Part shown: one piece after another, positions 54,981-64,000 of the stretch
Numbering within the stretch: the first letter of the stretch is position 1
Layout of the letters: every line of letters starts with the position of its first letter
NCBI RefSeq assembly: GCF_009914755.1
Contig: NC_060932.1
Length of the DNA stretch: 64,000 bases
Reading direction: 5' to 3' (one strand)
Origin: the human T2T-CHM13v2.0 reference genome, Homo sapiens
Notes under the pieces: model-generated
The model's input: only the letters and a program-made list of their open reading frames with translations
Databases searched by the model: none
What the model was told of the DNA's origin: nothing
Program-made: the position numbers and the translations under genes

Positions 54981-55771
54981 GAAGAGAGAGGAGAATGTGT
55001 AAAATGTCATCAATATCTCATCAGATTTAGGAGGCTACAATCTGAAGCCTATTATTCGAGGAAAAATGATTCTGGCTAGATGCTAAAAGTAGCATATATT
55101 TTTTTTTCTCAGAATATTTAAACATGTTTATGTTGTTAAAATGTGTGCTGTAGTTAATATATAGATGTATGCAGAATCAAAATAAAGTATCGCTCCATAA
55201 TTTGAGGGCACAGTAAGAAAATGACCCATCCCTCCCATATCCCAAAGTAAAGAACAAACAAACAAACAAACCTAAGAATCAGCACAAATTGACAAAATAA
55301 GACAACTATGGGATTTTTTTTTCACAAAATAAGACATCAATGAAATAACTTGATAATATGAACTGATTAGGATAAATTACCCAAGATGATGAGAACTAGA
55401 ATTAAAGTGATGGAAGTGGACAGATTTATGAGAAAGAAAACTTGGTAGGATAAAAATCTCTAGATTAGAAAAGGAAATTCACCCTTGCTAAATGGAGATA
55501 TGCTCCAGACCATTCACTATCTTTGGAAGTCTGTAAATGTTCTCCAGAATAGTCTTATCTACCAGGAGAGAAAGTCCAGTGTCAATGACCCACACTGATC
55601 ATGATGCTGGCATGGCCTTCTATCATATATTCATATACTGGCTCTTCTGTATAGGTATCAGCTCCTTGTGAGTTTTGTTATAGTGAGTTAACTCCCCAGA
55701 ATATGAATGTTGATAGATAACTTTGCAGAAACACAGAGTTCTAGACCTGAGAGTCCTTTCAAAACCATCTA

Positions 55772-56093
55772 CAGATGTTCACTGACTTTCGATGGGTTTA
55801 CACCTCATGGTAAGCTGAAAACATCGTAAGTCAAAATGTATTTAATACAGATAACCTACTGAACATCATAGCTTAGCAGAGCCTATATTAAATGTGCTCA
55901 GAAAACTTAATCAGCCTACATTTGTGCAAAATTACCTAGCATATAGCCTATTTTATAATAAAATGTTGAATATCTCATGTAATTTATTGGATATGATACT
56001 GAAGTACAGTTTCTACTGAATATCTATCACTTTCACACCATTATAAAGTTGAAAAATTGTTAAGAAAAGACATTGTAAATTGTAAACCATCTG
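55772..56093 (+). mobile_element. MER47A (Tigger-type MITE)
   Basis: TA|cagatgttc...; gaacatcatagcttagc; gcctattttataataaaatgttgaatatctcatgtaatttattg; ends ccatctg. Confidence 0.75.
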
Positions 56094-57050
56094 TGGTTCA
56101 CTCTCTTCATTTTGAACCTACAGAGTGCCCAAAAAGATCCTGGAACTGGAGGTCTCTGTAGCATTAGTGGGAGGACAAATGCCTACCAAGATAATCCTTC
56201 TTTATTGAGATTGGAATAAACATCTTTAAACTCAATCTGAAAAGGGAGAGAGATAGTATAATCTGTATGCCTTGTCCCCTCTCTGGTGCCCCAGGGCCCT
56301 TTGTTTTAATGAAGTATTAACATTTACAACTTGCAGAATTGGAAAAATATCACTACTAAAATGGCACATAATTCTTTATAAGCTCTTGAATAAAACTGAT
56401 AGGCACTTGCACTGAAAAGTCTGCAGATTGATTTTTATCAGTTTAGCATCTGTAGATAAAACAAGCTAAACTGAAACTGAATATTTGTTACAGGATGTTA
56501 ACATCGCAAAGCCTTTTGTTGACTCTAACTAATTCACCCAACCAATCTTCCTATGAGATGTGTCATTTTCTGCCTCAAAGGCATTAATGGTTTGTGAAAG
56601 ATAATAAAGCGAATTGAGTTTATATTTTAATATTTTGTGTCCAATGTTCAGGGAACTTGATCAAAATTAATTTTGGTGATATGAAGAAAAAGACAATATC
56701 AGTGCTACTTTAGAAATGAGAGATACTATAGTTTATATATGACTTAATGTTGCAAAATTTTAAAAATTTGTTGGAATATTCCAAAGTAATTGTTTAATCT
56801 GCTAACAAAGAATGAAAGTCATAATTTCTTCCTATAAAACCCATCTTCTGTTGAATTTTTATTTTTAAAACTACTATGAACTTGAAGTTTCCTTTAAATT
56901 ACTCTATTAAAATTTAATTTACCATGGCTAAATTTTGCTGTATGCCACATTAATATTAATAGCAATAACACATTGAAGCATAATAGCATAGAGATAAAAG
57001 ATATTGCTTGAAGCCTAAATCTCAATTTTCTACTGTGACATAAGGATATA

Positions 57051-57393
57051 CAGTCATCCTTAGTTATATACTGGAGATTAGTTCCAAGACCACCACCATC
57101 ACTGCCGCACTGCAATACCTCAGTCTGCAGATGCTCAGGTTCCTGATATAAAATGGTATATAGTATTTGCATATTGCCTATCCATATCCTCCTGTATAAT
57201 TTAAATCATCACTAGATTACTTATTATACCCAATACAATGTAACTTCTATGTAAATAGTTGTTATATTGTATCATTTTTATTCGTATTATTTTAATTGTT
57301 GAAGTGTTATTTTTTATTTTTTTTCTGAATATTTTCAATCTGTGGTTGGTTGAATCCATGGATATGGAACATGAGGATTCAGAGGGCTGACTG
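57051..57393. mobile_element. MER2 (Tigger-type MITE)
   Basis: TA|cagtcatcct ... agagggctgactg|TA TIRs; gatgctcaggttcctgatataaaatgg. Confidence 0.82.
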
Positions 57394-58079
57394 TAAATAT
57401 AACAATCACACTGTTTCAAGAGCATTTCATTTACTTAGACTTTGGTACTCACAATTAATATTACATATAAGGAAAACTTCTAAGGTATAAAACATTTTTG
57501 CCATAATTAAATTAGCATTTGCATAAACCATTTCTCTCTCTAGTTAATATGCTTCTCTTAATGAAATGACTTAATACTAGTGATAAAAAACACTACTTAT
57601 TTGAATAGGCATGATCTTTTTGGTAACAAACACACTCTCTCTTACTTAATAGCAAAATGATTTAGCAATTTCAGAGAATTACTGACCAAATTAATTTATA
57701 AAAATCATACAGTTGCTGTCTGCTAAAGCTGGTCTGTACCATGGACAAGAGGAACTTATTTGAATCAATTTTTCACAAATCTAATTAAAATCGAATTAAT
57801 AAAAAATATATTAATTACTTTTTAATGGAGATATAAGAAGATACTGAGCATCTGGATCTCAAGTGGTCACCATCTTCAGTTCAGAACAAAATTCACTTGT
57901 TTTATCTACAGCTGAGTTAGTTCCTGTGTGTGTCCTGTACAAATGTCTGCATGGACCTTCTCCATAGGGGTGCTGTCAGCATCTCCTCTGTCTGGAAAAT
58001 TTCTGCACTCTGAATCTACCATTTCCCAGCAGGGTTGACAATCTTGACCTCTAGGCAGAGCTGTTGGAGCTTTACTTCC

Positions 58080-58530
58080 TGGCATATTTTGATATCCTGC
58101 CCTGGCTTTTCCTCCAAGTTCCAGGCTCTGTGAATCCAATGGTCTACTTGACATGTCCACCTGAATGTCTCATAGGCATCACACACTTAATAAGACCAAC
58201 AGCAAACTCTTGAACTCTTGACTTCTGCATCACTCCAGACTTGCTCTTCCTGGTCAGTAACTGGCATTATCCTCCACTCAGCTGGCCGAACCAAAAACTC
58301 AGGGGTCAGCCTTGAGTCCTCTTCCTCTGATGTTTTTACATCTAATCCATCCTCAAGTCCTTTCAGCTCCACCAACTGCCCACTTCCCTCATCTCCATGG
58401 CCGTGAACGCAGTCCAAGCCACCAGCATCTCTTGTGTACACTTGCAATAGCCTTCTATTCTTTTTGCATCTACTTTTGCCTCCATAATCCATTTTCCACT
58501 CAGTAACCAAAGCAAACTTTACAAAAAACA
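58080..58530 (+). mobile_element. L2 fragment; continues at about 60628-61360 beyond the L1PA insertion
   Basis: atccaatggtctacttgacatgtccacctgaatgtctcataggcatc; right part ends cttagaacagggcctagcacacagtgggc...aaatatttgtt. Confidence 0.75.
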
Positions 58531-58540
58531 ACCAGACTGT

Positions 58541-60625
58541 TGGCACAAGGAGGCCCTCTCTCACCACTCCTATTCGACGTAGTATTGGAAGTTCTGGCCA
58601 GGGTAATCAGGCAAGAGAAAGAAATAAAGCGTATTCAAATAGAAAGAGAGGAAGTCAAATTGTCTCTGTTTGCAGATGACATGATTGTATATTTAGAAAA
58701 CCCCATCGTCTCACCCCTAAAACTCCTTAAGCTGATAAGCAACTTCAGCAAAGTCTCAGGATACAAAATCAATGTGCAAAAATCACAAGCATTCCTATAT
58801 ACCAATAATAGACAAGCAGAGAGCCAAATCATGAGTGAACTCCCGTTCACGATTGCTTCAAAGAGAATTCAACACCTAGGAATACAACTTACAAAGGATG
58901 TGAAGGACCTCTTCAAGGAGAACTACAAACCACTGCTCAAGGAAATCAGAGAGGACACAAACAAATGGAAAAACATTCCATGCTCATGGATAGGAAGAAT
59001 CAATATCGTGAAAATGGCCATACTGCCCAAAGTAATTTATAGATTAAATGCTATCCCCATCAAGCTACAATTGACTTTCTTCACAGCATTAGAAAAAACC
59101 TACTTTAAATTTCATATGGAACCAAAAAAGAGCCATATAGCCAAGACAATCCTAAGCAAAAAGAACAAAGCTTGGAGGCATCACACTACCTGACTTCAAA
59201 CTACACTACAAGGCTATAGTAACCAAAACAGCATTGTACTGGTACCAAAACAGATATATAGACCAATGGAACAGAACAGAGGCCTCAGAAATAACATCAC
59301 ACATCTACAACCATCTGATCTTTAACAAACCTGACAAAAACAAGCAATGGGGAAAGGATTCCCTATTTAATAAATGGTATTGGGAAAACTGGCTAGCCAT
59401 ATGCAGAAAACTGAAACTGGACCCTTTCCTTATACCTTATACAAAAATTAAAGACTTCAATGTAAGGCCTAAAACCACAAAAACCCGAGAAGAAAATCTA
59501 GGCAATACCATTCAGGATACAGGCATGGGCAAAGACTTCATGACTAAGACACCAAAAGCAATGGTAACAAAAGCCAAAATTGACAAATAGGATCGAATTA
59601 AACTAAAGAGCTTCTGCACAGCAAAAGAAACTATCATCAAAGTGAACAGGCAACCTACAGAATGGGAGAAAATTTTTGCAATCTACCTGTCTGACAAAGA
59701 GCTAATATCCAGAATCTACAATGAACTTAAACAAATTTACAAGAAAAAAACAAACAACCCCATCAAAAAGTGGACAAAGGATATGAACAGACACTTCTCA
59801 AAAGAAGACATTTATGTGGCCAACAAACGTGAAATAAAGCTCATCATCACTGGTCATTAGAGAAATGCAAATCAAAACCAGAATGAGATACCATCTCACG
59901 CCAGTTAGAATGGCGATCATTAAAAAGTCAGGAAACAACAGATTATAGAGAAGATGTGGAAAAATAGGAATGCTTTTACATTGTTGGTGGGAGCATAAAT
60001 TAGTTCGACCATTGTGGAAGACAGTGTGGTAATTCCTCAAGGATCTAGAACAAGAAATACCATTTGACCCAGCAATCCCATTACTGGGTATATACCCAAA
60101 GGATTATAAATCATTCTACTATAAAGACACATGCACACGTCTGTTTATTGTGGCACCATTCACAATAGCAAAGACTTGGAACCAACCCAAATGCCCATCA
60201 ATGATAGACTGGATAAAGAAAATGTGGCACATATACACCATGGAATACTATGCAGCCATAAAAACGGATGAGTTCACATCTTTTACAGGGACGTGGATGA
60301 AGCTGGAAACCATCATTCTCAGCAAACTAACACAGGAACAGAAAACCAAATACCACATGTTCTCACTCATAAGTGGGAGTTGAACAGTGAGAACACATGG
60401 ACACAGGGAGGGCAACATCACACACCGTGGCCTGTTGTGTGGGGGGCTAGGGGAGGGATAGCATTAGGAGAAATACCTAACATAGGTGATGGGTTGATGG
60501 GTGCAGCAAACCACCATGGCACGTGTATACCTATGTAACAAACCTCCATGTTCTGCACATGTATCCCAGAACTTAAAGTATAAAAACAAACAAACAAATA
60601 AACAAAACCCAAAAAAACAAACAAA
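58541..60625 (+). mobile_element. 5'-truncated L1PA (L1PA7/8-like), about 2.1 kb: disrupted ORF2 RT/C-terminus, 3'UTR, (CAAA)n tail
   Basis: ORF 58540..59193 has RT motifs [10 protein letters not shown] and FADDMIVYL; later ORF2 pieces are frameshifted; ttctgcacatgtatcccagaacttaaag 3' end. Confidence 0.96.
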
Positions 60626-61399
60626 CCCTCCCATGGCTTCTCAGCACATGTAGAATAAAATCTGCAAGGTCGCAGCCTCCTTGATCCTTGCTTCCCTGCC
60701 CCAGCATGCCCTTCTTTCTTTCCTCAGGCTTATCCCAAGATTGTTTTCCTGCCTCAAAGCCTTTGACTTGCTGCTTTCTCTTGCCTGGATAGCTCCTGCT
60801 AGTAATATAACCTCCTCACATCTCAGCCACATGTTGCCTCCCCAGAGAGACCTTTCCTGCCCAACTTGTCCAAAGCGCTGTCTGCCCCATTCTTTCAGTC
60901 ATGTTACCTGCAGCCAAAAAAATCTTAATAGGTATGCTCTTCATTCCATTACATTTTCTTATTTTCTTTACAGCATGTCTTATTAGGTAAGATGATCTAA
61001 CATATTTATTCTTAATACTTTATAATGTTCTTTAAGTACATATTTATTTATAAAGACTTTCAGGGCTTTGCTCAAATGTCACCTCCTTGATGAGACCTTT
61101 CCCTGCCACCTTTCATACCACGTCGACCCCCTCACATGTCTGTTGGTTGTTCTCTGTTTTCTTTTTCCTCTGCTTAGCACTTAGCCCTAGAAAGCATATA
61201 CATTGGACTTACTTGTCTTATGCATTGTCTTCCCCTTTACAATGGAAACTCTGTAAGTGCTAGGGCTTTTAAAATATGTTCTACTGATGGCTGTATCTCT
61301 AATGCTTAGAACAGGGCCTAGCACACAGTGGGCTTTCACCAAATATTTGTTAATAATTAAAAAAATCTTCCACTGGAATCCACAAGAATGTTCACTGTA

Positions 61400-61925
61400 T
61401 TGTATTGTAATTATTTTTAAATTTTCTGTATATTATGATGTTTTGACATCTTAAAAAAACCTCTCTGGCTAGGGAGAGACTGCCCTGAGCTAGACAATTC
61501 TGAGCTGGCCAGTGCTCAGCCAGGAGAAAGCTTTTGATATGCAAATTAACCAATCCAGAGCCACGCCTCCTCGACTTTAATCATCTCAGGGCCAGGTACC
61601 ACCCCTATAGGCAAAAGGTACCACCTCTGTAGGCAAAAGGTACCACCGCTGTAGGCTGAAATTATTCAAACCAGCCAGTCCTAAACTGTTCACCCTGCCC
61701 TACTTTGCCTCTTCCATGGAAACCTCAATAAAGGCTATGGCCAAACCTTCCCCTCGTTCTTGCCTACCATCCCCTGATCACCTTGAGTCTTTCCCATGTA
61801 GCCCTGTTTGGCATGCTGGGCCTCCTGTCTCTGTGAGCATAATAAACTTGCTTTTTCCTAATCCTGTCCTGTGAGACCTCTTGTAGCTGCACCTGACTAA
61901 CCATCTCATAAAAGAATGCAAAACA
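61400..61925 (+). mobile_element. ERVL-type solo LTR (MER54/MER73/MER74 group)
   Basis: tgtattgt start; gatgttttgacatcttaaaa...ggagagactgccc; tttgatatgcaaattaaccaatccagagcc; AATAAA; ends aaaaca. Confidence 0.6.
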
Positions 61926-62511
61926 GACATTCCCAGGGCCTAAAACACTGACATACAGTGGGTTTATGCAGTTACAGGTGAAAGGGGACATGCTTCATGA
62001 AAGGAGTTGGAAACTAGAAAAAGCCAGATAAGAAAGGAGACGGTGGGAGATGAGGATAAAGGTAGCTGCTAAGAAATGAGTCCGTTGGAAAAAACTATAG
62101 AGACATCAAAGTATGTTCCACTTTATATTTTAGAAAGGTCTTTCCTAAGCATACTTGCAACCTCCAGTTATAAAACTGAGAGTCTGAAAGCTCTGAGGAG
62201 CCTCAAGTGAACACTGTATGGTGGGATTAGATGGAATGGGACATGAGGGGATGGTAAATCAATGACAAAAGTGTTACTGTTTATTTTCTTTTCAAAGCCA
62301 GAGAGAAGTCATATGGAGGGGGAGCAGAAAAAAATGTTACTAAATTCAGCAGCATGCAATAGTGATAATTGTATTTCTTGCTTATGCATATACAAGAGAA
62401 ACTGATTCTGTAGAGAAATTAGAAAGGGAAAATAGTGAGGAGTAAAAAATTCAATCACACAAAACACATGAACATCAAAAAAGTGTCCTAAGGAGAAGGG
62501 TCTCAGAATAC

Positions 62512-62598
62512 CTGTGCCTTCCCATATCTTGCTCGTGGACTCTGAGGGTATTTGCGTACTAGTTCTTTAAATGCATTCACTGCTTCCTCAATTTTTCC
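62512..62598 (-). CDS. ASPH: ASPH coding exon (exon 16), 87 bp, GKIEEAVNAFKELVRKYPQSPRARYGKAQ (TPR region)
   Basis: Reverse-complement translation matches recalled ASPH protein; acceptor aacag|GGA, donor CAG|gtattc; phase 0-0. Confidence 0.96.
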
Positions 62599-62810
62599 CT
62601 GTTAGAAAGACAAAATTACATAAATAAAATAAATTAAAATGAATAATCAATCAATATTGTTATTTAATATTCAGCAAGTGGTTTTGTCAGAGTTTCCTAG
62701 ATTCCATCCTGAGTGTAAAGATAGTTTTATCTAAGATTTTAAAAAAAGCTATATTAAGGCAAACAGAAAACTAGTAATGAACACATATTTACTTCATTTT
62801 TAAAAAGACA

Positions 62811-63166
62811 GAAGGACAGAAAACCAAACATCGCATGTTCTCACTCATAGATGGGAATTGAACAATGAGAACACTTGGACACAGGGTGGGGAACATCACA
62901 CACCAGGGCCTGTCGTGGGGTGGGGGGATGGAGGAGGGCTAGCATTAGGAGATATACCTAATGTACATGACGGGTGAACGGGTGCACCACATCAACATGG
63001 CACATGTATACTGTATACATATGTAACAAACCTGCACATGGTGCACATGTACCATAGAACTTAAAGTATAATAATAAAAACATAAATAAATAATAAAATG
63101 ACAAAAAAAAAAAGAAAATGGCAAGGATGCCCAATCTCGCAAAAAAAAAAAAAAAAAAAAAAAAAA
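62811..63166 (+). mobile_element. Short L1PA5-like 3' end with a composite tail
   Basis: gcatgttctcactcatag...acacagggtggggaacatcacac...agaacttaaagtataataa; TSD aaaaagaca (62802-62810, 63162-63170). Confidence 0.93.
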
Positions 63167-63262
63167 GACAAGACACCTGATAAATGATGTAATATGTGGT
63201 TTTGCTAAAGAAATTGAATTTTCCCTCAATATAAGTACAGGTTCTACCATGTTCTCGAATAT

Positions 63263-63636
63263 TGTATTAGTCTGTTTTCACACTGCTATAAAAAATACCT
63301 GAGACTGGATAATTTATAAAGGAAAGAGGTTTAACTGAATCACAGTTCCACGTGGCTGGGGAGGCCTAAGGAAACTTGCGATTGTGGCAGAAGGCAAAGA
63401 GGAATCAAGGACCCTCCTGACATGGTGGCAAGAGAGAGAAGAGTGAGGAGCGAAGGGGGAAGATCCCCTTATAAAACCATCAGATCTCATGAGAACTTAC
63501 TATCATGAGAACGGCATGGGGGAAACTGCCCCCTTGATCCAATCACCTTCCACCAGGTGTCTCTCTAGGCACATGGGGATTATGGGGATTACAATTTGAG
63601 ATGGGATTTGGGTGGGGACACAGTGAAACCATATCA
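63263..63636 (-). mobile_element. THE1 (THE1D/MSTA-like) LTR
   Basis: tgtattagtctgttttcacactgctataaa ... ggggacacagtgaaaccatatca. Confidence 0.9.
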
Positions 63637-63886
63637 TTCCACCCCTGATCCCTCCCAATTCTCATGTCCTCACATTTCAAAACACAATCATGCCTTTACA
63701 ACAGTCCCACAAAAGTTTAACTCATTCCAGCATAAACCCAAAGTCAAAGTCCAAAGTCTCATCTGAGACAAGGCAAGTCCCATCCACTTAGAAGCCTGTA
63801 AAATCAAAAGCAAATCAGTTACTTCTAAGATACAATGGGGGTACAGGTATTGGATAAATGCTCCCATTCAAAATGGGAGAAATTGG
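63637..63886 (-). mobile_element. THE1/MST internal sequence, interrupted by the KRT8 retrocopy
   Basis: ttccacccctg...ctcatgtcctcacatttcaaaac...catctgagacaaggcaagtcc...gatacaatgggggtacagg. Confidence 0.88.
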
Positions 63887-64000
63887 ACCAAGAAGCAGCT
63901 TCTCCGCTCCTTCTAGGATCTCCGCCTGGTTCGGCCCGCCTGCCTCCACTCCTGCCTCCACCATGTCCATCAGGGTGACCCAGAAGTCCTACAAGGTGTC
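63887..64000 (+). pseudogene. KRT8P3: 5' end of a keratin 8 processed pseudogene (5'UTR plus ATG at 63963, MSIRVTQKSYKV...), runs off the window; likely KRT8P3
   Basis: Sequence matches recalled KRT8 mRNA 5'UTR and N-terminus; starts abruptly inside THE1-int with no promoter; lies in an ASPH intron, antisense. Pseudogene number assigned from recalled locus. Confidence 0.88.

Noticed and set aside
58540-59193. 217-aa ORF with reverse transcriptase motifs as an active or domesticated gene
   Set aside because: It is the truncated ORF2 of an L1PA; no 5' end or true ATG start, frameshifts at about 59100 and stops downstream.

Overview
Primate DNA, almost certainly human, and highly repetitive. 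The window is the 3' half of ASPH (aspartyl/asparaginyl beta-hydroxylase) on the minus strand. I traced nine consecutive GT-AG coding exons (87, 151, 137, 99, 90, 138, 136, 92, 134 bp). They splice into one open frame covering the TPR region and most of the 2OG-Fe(II) oxygenase domain; these are exons 16-24 of the 25-exon long isoform by recalled numbering. The introns contain Alu, L1, L2, MIR, MaLR/ERV LTRs and Tigger/hAT DNA transposon fossils. The window ends in the 5' end of a KRT8 processed pseudogene (probably KRT8P3) inserted into a THE1 element. Almost all ORFs in the supplied track are repeat-derived noise. I found no new biological system. The points most worth checking are: an apparent V-to-M substitution in ASPH exon 18 (about V462M), an unknown mRNA-tail-like retrocopy splitting an AluY, a templated-insertion repair scar at an MST LTR end, and an L1 with a likely 3' transduction. 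Repeat subfamily names and reference-protein comparisons come from memory and need RepeatMasker/BLAST confirmation; boundaries of old repeats are approximate.
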